From positions 225,015 to 289,014 of IMG/VR virus record IMGVR_UViG_3300046167_000825: a DNA stretch of 64,000 bases; one strand, 5' to 3'. A program made the position numbers and the translations under genes. Position 1 is the first letter of the stretch. Each line of letters opens with the position of its first letter. Below the pieces are notes generated by a model that saw only the letters and a program-made list of their open reading frames with translations, did no database searches and had not been told where the DNA came from. Shown piece by piece: positions 9,797 through 19,750 of this stretch.

Positions 9797-9833
9797 AAGG
9801 CTTCGTCAGATTTTTGTCGAAGCCTTTTTTTTT
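9797..9833 (+). terminator. intrinsic terminator
   Basis: AAGGCTTCG/CGAAGCCTT stem followed by a T run. Confidence 0.8.
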
Positions 9834-9884
9834 GTTTGCAGTTGAAATCCTTTTCATTTTTCGTATAAGGGTTAGGAGGATATT

Positions 9885-11168
9885 ATGTCACTAGATACAA
9901 AATACAGACCAATGGTATATGCCGATGTGATCGGTCAGCAAAGTAATGTTGAGGTTCTCACCAACATTGTGAAGAAGGAAGCGGGGTTTCATCAATCCTA
10001 TGTCTTCTGTGGCCCACACGGTACGGGGAAAACAACACTGGGGCGAATACTCGCTAGGGCTTTATTGTGTGATTCCCCCGTGAATGGCGAACCATGTGAT
10101 GAATGTTCCTCGTGCAAGACTATCCTTGAACACGGTAATAGCGAATGTTTCATTGAGATCGATGCTGCCACGAACAGTGGGAAAAGTGACATCAAGGATA
10201 TCGTGGACTCCCTTGAGTATGTGGCTGTGAGTGGTCGTAAGAAGATTTACCTTTTTGATGAGGCACATGAACTTTCTCGTCAAGCCCTTGATGGTCTCTT
10301 AAAACCAATGGAAGACACCGTCTATGGAACACAAGAGAAGAAACTCATTTGTATCTTCTGTACCACAGAGCCAGAGAAAATGAGGAAAACGATCTTCTCA
10401 CGATGTGCTCCAGCATTTGTTGTGCGTTCTCCGACACCTCAAGTGATCGCAGATCGCCTTCAGTATATCTGTGAGCAAGAGAAGATTGAGTTTGATTATC
10501 CAGCCCTCACAGCCATAGCAGAATATGGTGAGTGTCATGTCCGTGATGCCATCAAAGCAGTGGAAGGGGTTTCAATGGTTGGGAGGGTGTCCTCTGAATC
10601 CGTGAACCACTATTTAAGGCTAGATACAACCTTCAAAGCCCTAGACATCCTTGAGAACCTACACGGAGATTTCAGCAAGGTTTTGGAAACCCTAGACACT
10701 TTATCCACGATGGCTTCAGCCAGTGCAATGTACGAGATGTTGGCAAAACTTTCAATGACGGCTTTTCGTTATTCAATGGGTTTCCAAAAGTTACCCTCTT
10801 ATTTGAACGAAGAAAGAGTGTCGAAAATTGCAGAGAAGAAAGGGGTTTTACTGCAATTAGTGAAAAGTTTATTGTCACCTCCCTTCAATCCGACATATAA
10901 TATGTTGATTTGCGACTTGGCAAACTATTATCATAACCAACACACTATCAGCACTCCACAAAAAAACGAAGCATTCCCGAACCAAGTCCAGTCTTCAACG
11001 GTATCATACACCGAAGATACGACAAAGGTACTAAATGGGGTCTATCGAGAGCCAAAGGCTGTCAATAATGCCCCAAAAAAAGACATTCCTTCAATGGGGT
11101 TGTCTTTGGATCAATTCCGTTCCTTTGTCCTCACAAGATTAAAGGAACTGGAAACCAATGGCAGATGA
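9885..11168 (+). CDS. dnaX: DNA polymerase III gamma/tau clamp-loader subunit
   Basis: KYRP, GPHGTGKT, Zn motif C..PCDECSSC, EIDAA, DEAH, SRC. Confidence 0.92.
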   Translation: MSLDTKYRPMVYADVIGQQSNVEVLTNIVKKEAGFHQSYVFCGPHGTGKTTLGRILARALLCDSPVNGEPCDECSSCKTILEHGNSECFIEIDAATNSGKSDIKDIVDSLEYVAVSGRKKIYLFDEAHELSRQALDGLLKPMEDTVYGTQEKKLICIFCTTEPEKMRKTIFSRCAPAFVVRSPTPQVIADRLQYICEQEKIEFDYPALTAIAEYGECHVRDAIKAVEGVSMVGRVSSESVNHYLRLDTTFKALDILENLHGDFSKVLETLDTLSTMASASAMYEMLAKLSMTAFRYSMGFQKLPSYLNEERVSKIAEKKGVLLQLVKSLLSPPFNPTYNMLICDLANYYHNQHTISTPQKNEAFPNQVQSSTVSYTEDTTKVLNGVYREPKAVNNAPKKDIPSMGLSLDQFRSFVLTRLKELETNGR

Positions 11169-11691
11169 TAGAGACCAAAAAACTTGGGTTGTCCTAGAAC
11201 TCACTTCAAAAGGTGAATACCTTGTTCGTGAGGGAACACTAGAGAAATATCTCAGAAGACATCTAGGTATAGATGAAGATCACTCCATCTATATTCCTCT
11301 CCATACTTATAAAAAGGGTGGGAGAGAAATCCAACTAGAAGGGATACAAGGATACGCCTTTATAGCCAGTGGTTTGATGGATTATGATTATTTCGCTCTT
11401 GAACAACATGACTACACTCGCAGTGTTCTTTCGATAGATAGAGGTAAATACAGAACAATCACAACACTACCAGATAGTTCCATTCAACATATCCGAGATA
11501 AGATTCGAGAAGAAATCTCGACAGACCTTGATGAGGGTATGTTTATTCGTGTCATTCTAGGGAACTACATCTCCTTAGAAGGTGAAATTATTGGGTTCGA
11601 TGGTGATAAAGCATTGGTGGAAGTCGGTCTGAGATCGATTCACGCTATTGTTCCAATCCCAAGAATCTGTTGTGACCCTATTAAGGAGTGA
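11158..11691 (+). CDS. NusG-family transcription factor (NGN + KOW)
   Basis: TWVVL...IYIP...GYAFI; KOW-like GMFIRVILGNYISLEGEI. Confidence 0.75.
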   Translation: MADDRDQKTWVVLELTSKGEYLVREGTLEKYLRRHLGIDEDHSIYIPLHTYKKGGREIQLEGIQGYAFIASGLMDYDYFALEQHDYTRSVLSIDRGKYRTITTLPDSSIQHIRDKIREEISTDLDEGMFIRVILGNYISLEGEIIGFDGDKALVEVGLRSIHAIVPIPRICCDPIKE

Positions 11692-12296
11692 ATATGTGGT
11701 GGAGTGGACATAAAATACTAGAGCCTCACGAGTTGGAGAATCGCTTTTCTACTGAGGATTGTATCTTCAATAATGGGATTACCTTCACAGAGGTGATGTC
11801 TGAGGAGATGAAAGCACAAGTTGATAAGATTAAATCGTTTTTGGATATGATTCCTAGACGGGAAGCCGATTTTGTTGAGTTGTACTACTTCCAACACATG
11901 AAGCAAACGGATATCGCAAACTTGTTTTGTGTGACCCAACCGACTGTCTGTTATCGTCTTCAAAGGGCTTCTGCTCGGATTAAGTTCCTTGTAGAACTCC
12001 CCGATTTAACCATAGCACAGATTCAGAATGACCTTGAAGAAGTCTTGGTTGACCCTCTCGATGTGAAGATCATGGTGCAAATGTATCAAACGACATGTCA
12101 ATCAGAAGTGGCGAAGAATCTCAATGTTTCTCAAGGGCTAGTTCGACATAGATTTATTAGGTCTATCAAACGATTGGGTTGTGACGGCTACGATGAACTG
12201 GTTGCCGTTTATAAAAAAATCTCCGAAAACTTGAACATCCTCAGAGAAGTGCAACGACCCTCTCTTTCCGAAACTTCTTTCATTGTCTTACACTAA
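11688..12296 (+). CDS. sigma-70 region 4-like protein with two HTH motifs
   Basis: LYYFQHMKQTDIANLFCVTQPTVCYRL and QSEVAKNLNVSQGLVRHR. Confidence 0.7.
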   Translation: MNMWWSGHKILEPHELENRFSTEDCIFNNGITFTEVMSEEMKAQVDKIKSFLDMIPRREADFVELYYFQHMKQTDIANLFCVTQPTVCYRLQRASARIKFLVELPDLTIAQIQNDLEEVLVDPLDVKIMVQMYQTTCQSEVAKNLNVSQGLVRHRFIRSIKRLGCDGYDELVAVYKKISENLNILREVQRPSLSETSFIVLH

Positions 12297-12306
12297 TCCG
12301 TTTATA
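12294..12306 (+). promoter_or_regulatory. putative late promoter (first of 19 copies counted)
   Basis: TAATCCGTTTATA; matches consensus TAWY-N3-YYKATA found at intergenic sites. Confidence 0.6.
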
Positions 12307-12333
12307 GACGGACACATTTATTGAGGGACACAA

Positions 12334-12645
12334 ATGTCAGACAAGAAAGAACATCGTATTTTAATGACCAAGCGACTGGCTAGGCGGTGGGTGTTATCCC
12401 ATATTCGTCCAGAGAGCCGTATTACGGTTTATTATGGTGCAACGGATGTTAGCCGTATCCCTTCTCTTTTGCGTAGTTTCCGAGATGGGAAAGTGAAATT
12501 GACGGGTGTTGATATCAAGATTCCCGATTTGGGTGTTCAAGAACGCTTTGATGCCTTTGAGGTTTGGTCTTCCGATAAAGAGTCTATGATTGTTCTTAAT
12601 AAATGGCTTGAAGATCGTGGATTTCAGACATCGGGAGTTTGGTAA
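12334..12645 (+). CDS. hypothetical late protein with tag-like RLARRWV
   Basis: ORF with RBS after the late motif. Confidence 0.65.
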   Translation: MSDKKEHRILMTKRLARRWVLSHIRPESRITVYYGATDVSRIPSLLRSFRDGKVKLTGVDIKIPDLGVQERFDAFEVWSSDKESMIVLNKWLEDRGFQTSGVW

Positions 12646-13076
12646 TGTCATCACAAAGAATTGAGAGTGCCTTCAAATATAAGTATGTGACGGTAACGGC
12701 AGACACTTATTATTACGAAATTGTGGCAGACACCCAACTTAATATCTCAGTTCGAGATATCGTAGCCCCCAACGGTCAGTTGATAGACTCCATGACACTT
12801 CTCCCAGCAGAAGTTGTTTCTGATATAGCCGCAAGTATTCTTGTGGTGAAAGATTTATTAGGTCTTGCTACTCGTCTTACGGGTGAGGCAGATTTCGTTT
12901 CGGCTACCTCCGTTACGGTGGAGTTCGCAGAAGCCCAGAACTCCACAGATTATTCTGTTCTTCTTGACCCTTCTGTTTTCTTAGATTTTCGTGTCACAGC
13001 GAAAACTACGGTGAGTTTCACTATTGAATCCTCGACAACATATACGGGTTCAGTTCGCTGGTCTTTATTTGTGTAG
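12645..13076 (+). CDS. virion protein with C-terminal beta-sandwich (fibre-tip-like) domain
   Basis: SVTVEF...DYSVLL...VTAKTTVSFTI resembles the C-terminus of the next gene. Confidence 0.5.
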   Translation: MSSQRIESAFKYKYVTVTADTYYYEIVADTQLNISVRDIVAPNGQLIDSMTLLPAEVVSDIAASILVVKDLLGLATRLTGEADFVSATSVTVEFAEAQNSTDYSVLLDPSVFLDFRVTAKTTVSFTIESSTTYTGSVRWSLFV

Positions 13077-13085
13077 GGAGTTGAT

Positions 13086-14282
13086 ATGGGTCAAAGTAAG
13101 TTTTCAAAATTAGATGGGGTGTCGTTCGACCCAGAGAACTACGCCAATACTCAGATAACCATCAATCATGTTGATGGGACATTGGTGTTTCAAGACGAAG
13201 AAATAACCGCTTTGAAACTATCTCAATTGGTGGGCTTCGAGAATATTGATAATGTTTTTCTCGTGGGCAAAACGGGTAGTGGTGCTAGATATAAGACCAT
13301 CCAAGATGCTGTTGATGCAGTTTCCGTGACGAGTTCTTATTTAGAACCGTCTGTTATAATCGTTACGGCTGGTGTTTATCAAGAATCTTTGACTATCCAG
13401 AAGGATGGGCTTCACATTATTGGAATGGGGCGAGTCGCTCTCAAAGGTGACGATGGTTCTCCCTCTGTTTTGATTGATGACTTGGGTGTTGTTATCCCTC
13501 AAGTTCTCCACATAGAAAATCTTATCATTGAGAAAGACCAAGACGGTGAATCTTGTGTCGAAGTATCTGGTTCGTTGGATTCAACTCTCCTTCAAAAAGG
13601 GTTGACTCTTAAAAATTGTTCTTTAGAGGCTACTGGGATTGGGTCATACCCAATCAAAGCCGATAAAGTCAATTCTATCACTGTGCTTGACGGTACTTGG
13701 GGGGCTAGTCGCCTAGACTCCATTTGCTTTATTTCACAAGTGGCATATTTCCATTGTGTTGGTTTGCAACAAGGTACGGCTTTTCAGATGTCTTATGATG
13801 ACTCTGCTGATGCTCCCCTCACAAAAACCTCCGAGTATATTATTTCTAGTATGCTTGGGAGTGGTAACTTCTTGATTTCTTTGTTGGGGACGGGTTCTTT
13901 GACTGTCAACCGTAGCACCATTGGTGATTTATCCATTACGGGAGATAGACTACTGTCAGTGTCGGACAGTAAGACAATGAACCTTACGGTACAAGGGACG
14001 ACAGCGTGTTCTGTGGATGCGACAAAGCATGGGACAATCGGTGGAGATATCACTGCCACTCTTTCCCTCAGTGAACTTAGGGATTCTGTGGATTTAATAG
14101 GAGTGGTCAGCGTTAGCGTGCCGTTGCCTTTGCCTTACCCCAACTCTTTTTATATGGTCAATCTCGATGGCTATGATGGGTCAGCCCCTTATGTCACCAA
14201 TAAGACTACCACGACTTTTGATGTGGTCTTTCCCGATGGGTTGGTTCACACCACAACAGTGCAGTATCAAGTTATTCTTTGA
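13086..14282 (+). CDS. beta-helix (pectinesterase-like) tailspike or virion protein
   Basis: YKTIQDAVDA...IIVTAGVYQESL motif; beta-rich repeats. Confidence 0.6.
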   Translation: MGQSKFSKLDGVSFDPENYANTQITINHVDGTLVFQDEEITALKLSQLVGFENIDNVFLVGKTGSGARYKTIQDAVDAVSVTSSYLEPSVIIVTAGVYQESLTIQKDGLHIIGMGRVALKGDDGSPSVLIDDLGVVIPQVLHIENLIIEKDQDGESCVEVSGSLDSTLLQKGLTLKNCSLEATGIGSYPIKADKVNSITVLDGTWGASRLDSICFISQVAYFHCVGLQQGTAFQMSYDDSADAPLTKTSEYIISSMLGSGNFLISLLGTGSLTVNRSTIGDLSITGDRLLSVSDSKTMNLTVQGTTACSVDATKHGTIGGDITATLSLSELRDSVDLIGVVSVSVPLPLPYPNSFYMVNLDGYDGSAPYVTNKTTTTFDVVFPDGLVHTTTVQYQVIL

Positions 14283-14329
14283 TCGTGGTAATATGCCTAT
14301 ATTTTCAACAAAGATAATAGAGGTGTCTT

Positions 14330-14914
14330 ATGAGTACGGATAAATATGACTTTTGGAACGGCTTGATGTCGGGTGCATACATGAATGTGAAAGGTGCATC
14401 TGACGGGGTCGATATGTTTTTAGAGGAAAGCCTTGATAAAGAAGCAACCGATAGAACCTTATCAGATTTGACTGATAAAGGTAGAGCCAACAATGCTTTG
14501 AGTTTGCCCGTTTCCGATGGAACACGGGTGGCTTTCGTAGCGAACTTGGGTTCGATTCTGTCTTTAGATGACGCTCCCGAAAACAATGCCAAAGGGACAG
14601 TTGTTACTGTTAAGTCTGCTGGAGGGGCTATCACTTCCCACGATGGTCGTGTTTTTGTGAAATGGGATGATGGTCAGTTTCGTGCAGTCCACCAAAATCA
14701 TCTTCGTTTGGCGAGTGGACACTCCAAGACACAAAAAGCCGCTGGTAACACAATGCGAGTTGCTTCTCTTGGTGACTTGACAGACTTCTTGAGAATTAGT
14801 TCGGATACTCTTATCCATAAAGCCACAGAAGATATCTGGTCATTCAAAAAAGATGCTGACGGTTTCGTCATAGAGCGTTTGCTCGGTGAAGACGGTAAGC
14901 CTTTGAAATTATAG
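14330..14914 (+). CDS. probable head-associated protein (SH3-like segment)
   Basis: GTVV...VFVKWDDG; follows late motif at 14289. Confidence 0.55.
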   Translation: MSTDKYDFWNGLMSGAYMNVKGASDGVDMFLEESLDKEATDRTLSDLTDKGRANNALSLPVSDGTRVAFVANLGSILSLDDAPENNAKGTVVTVKSAGGAITSHDGRVFVKWDDGQFRAVHQNHLRLASGHSKTQKAAGNTMRVASLGDLTDFLRISSDTLIHKATEDIWSFKKDADGFVIERLLGEDGKPLKL

Positions 14915-14923
14915 GATTGTATA

Positions 14924-15562
14924 ATGAAGAAAATATCATTTAAGAAGAAGCAACGGTCTTTTCTGGAAGAAAAGTGGGGGGCATCCTTAGAACCGAAAAG
15001 TCAAATGACTAGAACGGCTGGTGAAGTTCGTTTCGTTAAGGATAACTCGAATGATGCTAGTTCGTGGGCTTGGAAACAAGGCCCCTCCGAACGCTCAATG
15101 CAACCCGATTACAACTTTAAGCCAAAGCGAAAGAAAGCATTAGCCAAAGTTCTCAGAAGCACAACTGCTTCTATGGGACACGCTATGAGTGCCTACAACT
15201 CTTTCACGAAAATCAAGAGTGCTGATGTATCCCCCGATGGGGCATTGGGTGGGAAAGGGTACATACAAAAGATTATGGATATGCGAAAGCAGTACATGAA
15301 TGTCGTTGAGGCGTTATCTGCTTTGAGTGACACCATTTATGACGAGATTCAAGCCCCACATTGGGCTGCGATTTCCCGTCAAGAAACGCCCGAAGACAAA
15401 GCAGAGGTCACCCAAATCATACAAGATGCCGAGAGCATTAAAGAAGACCCAGAGAGTTGGGCAGAAGAACAAGAGGAAACAATGGATGAAGATCACACCC
15501 CAATGGGCAAGACTGCTTCTTCAAAATCTATTCCTAAAAAGTATTTAAGAGGTGACAAATGA
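14924..15562 (+). CDS. probable head-associated protein
   Basis: Core bounded by RTA-G and KTA-S sites. Confidence 0.6.
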   Translation: MKKISFKKKQRSFLEEKWGASLEPKSQMTRTAGEVRFVKDNSNDASSWAWKQGPSERSMQPDYNFKPKRKKALAKVLRSTTASMGHAMSAYNSFTKIKSADVSPDGALGGKGYIQKIMDMRKQYMNVVEALSALSDTIYDEIQAPHWAAISRQETPEDKAEVTQIIQDAESIKEDPESWAEEQEETMDEDHTPMGKTASSKSIPKKYLRGDK

Positions 15563-17631
15563 GTTCAAAAATACCATCAGACCATCTAGTTCCTAGAGGT
15601 CTAAACGGCTTGATCGATACCTACCCCGATATGAACTACGGCTTGGGGACATTGGAGAAGACTTTCATGACAGATGGCACAGCCGACTTCACTTCGGGAC
15701 TCCCCGATGGGATAGTTCGTGGTGAGGATGAAGGTCTTGGTGATCTTGGTGATTTTATGAAAGAAGGGAACATTGCTGATATGTCTTTCATTGATATTGA
15801 AGGCGATGCTCACATCCAAAGTCTGCCCGAATATGGTGAAGCAGACAGTTCGCTCGAATCTGCTTGGGGAGAACTACAAACTCCAGCCATATATGCTGAA
15901 CACCAAAAAGATTTGACAGCCATTCCCCGTGCCATAACTCAGACTGAAGTAGAAGAAGATGTCCTAGAAGAAGTCGCCATGAAATGTGCGAGGTTGTTGC
16001 ATAATGGTGCGAGCATGAAGAATCTCCAGCGAATCGCTTTCGACCGATTGGGTTCTGATGTTACGGAACTTCGTGAGGATTTTGAATACCTCACGGAAGA
16101 AAGAGGCTTGATGGGAAATGTTTATGTCCTTGCGAGTGCTTACCCACAAATCGAAACGGGGCATTGGAATAAAGCCATTAAGAAGGCTTCCCCACACGCT
16201 CAGTACTTGTTGATTGATGACGGTCACGCTCTATCAAGCCAAGAGACATTCAATGGAATGAAAGTGGTTTTGGATGTTCCTTACAAGCAAGCCTTTGAGG
16301 TCTATAAGCCTTTACTTGAAGCCTCTGGTCGTAAACTAGCCTCTGGTGATTCAAGGGCTGTCCTCAAACAAGCCTTCCTAACTACGCCTCAGAAGAAAAT
16401 CCAAGAGGTATTCCATGAGAAGGCATACAGAGTCGTTGACACTGTTTCCATGAAGGAAGCCCAACAACAGTTCGGGGAATACACCCCAGAAGAACAAAGA
16501 GTTTATCAAGATAGTGAACGCCAAGATAGAATCGCACTCAAAAAAGCCCACAAGAAACTAGCCAGTGCTTACCGTGCTGGGATGATGAGCCGAGATGAAT
16601 TGAAGAAATTGGCGGGTCTGCGTAGTCACACTCAAATCGAACTAGAACTACATAGGCTGAAACTCAAGAGTCACGCTGCCTCTGAATCTTATTCTGGTGC
16701 AAAAAACTCTATCGCCAATCAAGAATCTTTGAAGCATGAACAAGGAGATATCACTGGGCGAGTTAAGAAAGCGAAAGAAGAAAAACGAGTTGCTTCCGTG
16801 AGGGCAAAAGTTGCTGTTATTAAACAAGCAATCGACAGAGGTGTTCGTGGGAATGAACTAGCCCGTATCATTAAGCAGAAACTCAACAAAGCAGACCTCC
16901 GTATTGCTTCTCCGATATTAAATCCCATCTTGAAAGAAACCAATGCACTCGCTCTCCCTTCTGCTCAGACGGAAGAATATAGTGGTGCTTCTTTCACAGC
17001 CCACCAAGAACATCGAAGAACCGCCCATGTCGAGAAGTTATCTCAAACTGAGATAGCCATCGGTAAAATGGCTCGTTGGACTAGACAACAGATGACAGAA
17101 GGGACAATCGGAAAAACTCTCACGGCTATGCTAAAGACCAAGTTCGCTTCCCCCTTCTTGAAGAAAGCCTCAACCACAATCCAAGAAATCCGAACATCCC
17201 ATGAAGGCTTGTCTGGGCATCTTTATGTGGATGCTGAGGCGTATGCCTCTCCCGTTGGGACAAAAGGTTGTGATGAAGGTGGCTTGAAGCACCGAGCCAA
17301 TCAGTTGCCTTTCGTTATGGGGATGGACAGATGTGGTTCTTGTTCTTTTGCCAGTCGTAAAGCCGATGGTACTTCTGTTTGTCAGAAATACAACAAGCCG
17401 ATTATCACCGAACTCCCTTCTGAGTCTAAAGACTACCAAGCAGAGAATATCCGAATGGCAGATGCCAGTGATGCTGAAATAACGGCTTCTATTTTTGCTT
17501 CTCGATACGAACCCTCAGAGTTCAATCTAGCGAACTCCGAACTAGATAACTTTTCCTTTGAAGAAATGGCGACAGCAGAAACTCTCTCAAATGTCTTTTT
17601 CGGTGGGATGGAGATACACGATGACGAATAA
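15559..17631 (+). CDS. 690-aa probable head or core protein with C-terminal Cys cluster
   Basis: Long ORF in head operon; C..CGSC..C; multiple [KR]xA sites. Confidence 0.65.
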   Translation: MSSKIPSDHLVPRGLNGLIDTYPDMNYGLGTLEKTFMTDGTADFTSGLPDGIVRGEDEGLGDLGDFMKEGNIADMSFIDIEGDAHIQSLPEYGEADSSLESAWGELQTPAIYAEHQKDLTAIPRAITQTEVEEDVLEEVAMKCARLLHNGASMKNLQRIAFDRLGSDVTELREDFEYLTEERGLMGNVYVLASAYPQIETGHWNKAIKKASPHAQYLLIDDGHALSSQETFNGMKVVLDVPYKQAFEVYKPLLEASGRKLASGDSRAVLKQAFLTTPQKKIQEVFHEKAYRVVDTVSMKEAQQQFGEYTPEEQRVYQDSERQDRIALKKAHKKLASAYRAGMMSRDELKKLAGLRSHTQIELELHRLKLKSHAASESYSGAKNSIANQESLKHEQGDITGRVKKAKEEKRVASVRAKVAVIKQAIDRGVRGNELARIIKQKLNKADLRIASPILNPILKETNALALPSAQTEEYSGASFTAHQEHRRTAHVEKLSQTEIAIGKMARWTRQQMTEGTIGKTLTAMLKTKFASPFLKKASTTIQEIRTSHEGLSGHLYVDAEAYASPVGTKGCDEGGLKHRANQLPFVMGMDRCGSCSFASRKADGTSVCQKYNKPIITELPSESKDYQAENIRMADASDAEITASIFASRYEPSEFNLANSELDNFSFEEMATAETLSNVFFGGMEIHDDE

Positions 17632-18397
17632 AGAAGCGGGTATGCCTCAGAACCCAGAAATACTAGGTCAAGTTTTGCATGATGTCCTTTGTACTTTGCG
17701 AACTATGTATGTTCATTATCAGAACTTACATTGGGAGAGTAAAGGCGATTCCTTTTACAGCGACCATCTTTTGTTCCAACGCTTGTATGAAGGCGTGGCA
17801 GAAGAAACAGATGCACTCGCTGAGAAGATTCTTGGCTTGACGGGACAGACCAAATGGGTTTCTGACCTCCATACTTTCCAACACGGTCATGATACTTTAC
17901 AGATATGGTACGAGTTCACTAAAGGTGACGATTCAACTAGCCGTGCTTTCTTCTCTGAGATGTACTTCCAAGAACAACTCGATTATGCTCGTGCTGTCCT
18001 AGAAGAAAGCAACAATATGACTTACGGTTTGGATGACTTTCTAGGAGGTCTGGCTTCAAAACACGAGGAACATGTTTATCTTCTCCGTCAAAGATGGGGC
18101 AAAGTAGAACATGAATCACGAGTGGCAAGTGGTGCTGGACATCATTTCCATGACAACCCCGAAAAGAGAGAGGTTCGTCAACTTCAGCAGAGCAAAGCGA
18201 AAGGCAATGCCATCACAGACAAACCCTCCGATGCACCACCGACTCCCTCTGATATCTTGGAAGATAAGGGTAAAGAGTTCTCTACTCTATCTCGTTATGT
18301 TATTAACACGGCTCAACCGACCAAGAAGCCGATGCCCTCATCTCGTGCCGAACTCCCAAAACAAGCCAAGCGAGTTCGCCTAACAAGGAGTAAGTAA
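17621..18397 (+). CDS. Dps/ferritin-like protein with C-terminal extension
   Basis: NLHW.SKG..FYSDHLLF..LY......D.LAE ferroxidase-centre pattern. Confidence 0.8.
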   Translation: MTNKEAGMPQNPEILGQVLHDVLCTLRTMYVHYQNLHWESKGDSFYSDHLLFQRLYEGVAEETDALAEKILGLTGQTKWVSDLHTFQHGHDTLQIWYEFTKGDDSTSRAFFSEMYFQEQLDYARAVLEESNNMTYGLDDFLGGLASKHEEHVYLLRQRWGKVEHESRVASGAGHHFHDNPEKREVRQLQQSKAKGNAITDKPSDAPPTPSDILEDKGKEFSTLSRYVINTAQPTKKPMPSSRAELPKQAKRVRLTRSK

Positions 18398-18999
18398 TGA
18401 AAATCATTAAACCACCCTTCACACAAGTAGTTGCTGGTGTTGTTAAATCGGGTGACCCTTCTGTTGGTGTGAATCCAACTGTTCAAGGTCAACTGCGAAC
18501 TACCCAATGGATTATGGATGGGGCGAATAAGAACCCTAAGTCTTTCCCTCCAAATGCCAGTCATTTTACGGGTTTCAATACCAATGGGCATGTCGTAGGA
18601 GGATTCAATCCTTCTGTTGCTACATTGACATTTGACCTTGTGACTTACAATAAACTGTTTGAACTACACATCGGAAGTCATGTTTTGAAAGCGGGCAACT
18701 CCCTCACTTACACATCTTCTGCTGTCATCGTGGGTGACTTCTTGAACAATGTGGGGATACTCATAGCAGATATGTTAGATAATCTTGTGGATGCCATCAA
18801 TCGTATCCCAGAGTTCTCAGCCACCAATGACGGTGCTGCTATCATCACTATTGAACATAAAGCCCAAGTGGGAATCAATTCAGATTCTCTTGCCATCTCG
18901 TATCGAAATATCGACCCGACTGTCACAACCTCACCTTTCGTAGAAATAATAGGGTTTGATGGTGGCTCTCCTACTGTTGGTTCGGTACTAATTAACTAG
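18397..18999 (+). CDS. virion structural protein (hypothetical)
   Basis: Beta-rich composition; operon context. Confidence 0.5.
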   Translation: MKIIKPPFTQVVAGVVKSGDPSVGVNPTVQGQLRTTQWIMDGANKNPKSFPPNASHFTGFNTNGHVVGGFNPSVATLTFDLVTYNKLFELHIGSHVLKAGNSLTYTSSAVIVGDFLNNVGILIADMLDNLVDAINRIPEFSATNDGAAIITIEHKAQVGINSDSLAISYRNIDPTVTTSPFVEIIGFDGGSPTVGSVLIN

Positions 19000-19009
19000 G
19001 GGGTGATAA

Positions 19010-19750
19010 ATGAGTTCTGGAATACCTAAACCAAATGTCAACAAACAAGAGATTCTTGAAGCCTTACCTTTGGAGATCAGCCGAATTGCGGTGACGACCA
19101 AAGAAGGGGAAGTCAAGTATCGGAAAGTCGAAGAAGTCGAACTAGAAGACATCTTGATGTTCAACAAGAGCAATCAACCCGTTGTGATGAGAGGCAAGGC
19201 TGGGAGACCCTCCGATCTCCCCACATTGGATTTGCCCTCTCTCCAAGACACAAGCAACTTTGTCCCTCTGCCAAATCGTCTGCAAAAACGAAAAGACTTG
19301 GCTGTTGCACAAACACCTCAGCCAACGGCTCTGAACTATCAAAATGATAGGGTTCTCGCACAAGTGAGTCAAGACCCCGAATCCTTAGATGTCCTCCATT
19401 CCGTGATGATGGGCTTGGCAGAAGAAGCAGCCGCTATGGCTCAAGCGAGAGTTTCACTTGAAGCACAAGGGAAGAACACCTCCAATGTGTCATCAAAGCG
19501 TGTATCGGCATTGCGAGCCATTGGTGATACATGGATGAAGCGAAAGGAACAGTTGGGGGGTAAGGGAATCGACTTGGAGGGTTTGGCTTTCAAGAGAGTT
19601 TTCGGATTCACAATGGAAACTTTTCGTAAAGCACTCACTCAATCCAACATTCGTCCAGAACAGATTGAGGTTATCTTCGCAAAACTAGCGAACTTGATGG
19701 GTGATGATTGGGTAACTGAAGCGAAGAAAAGAGCAGATGGGGATGACTAA
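19010..19750 (+). CDS. putative terminase small subunit
   Basis: Helical protein immediately upstream of and coupled to the large terminase; positional inference only. Confidence 0.4.
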   Translation: MSSGIPKPNVNKQEILEALPLEISRIAVTTKEGEVKYRKVEEVELEDILMFNKSNQPVVMRGKAGRPSDLPTLDLPSLQDTSNFVPLPNRLQKRKDLAVAQTPQPTALNYQNDRVLAQVSQDPESLDVLHSVMMGLAEEAAAMAQARVSLEAQGKNTSNVSSKRVSALRAIGDTWMKRKEQLGGKGIDLEGLAFKRVFGFTMETFRKALTQSNIRPEQIEVIFAKLANLMGDDWVTEAKKRADGDD

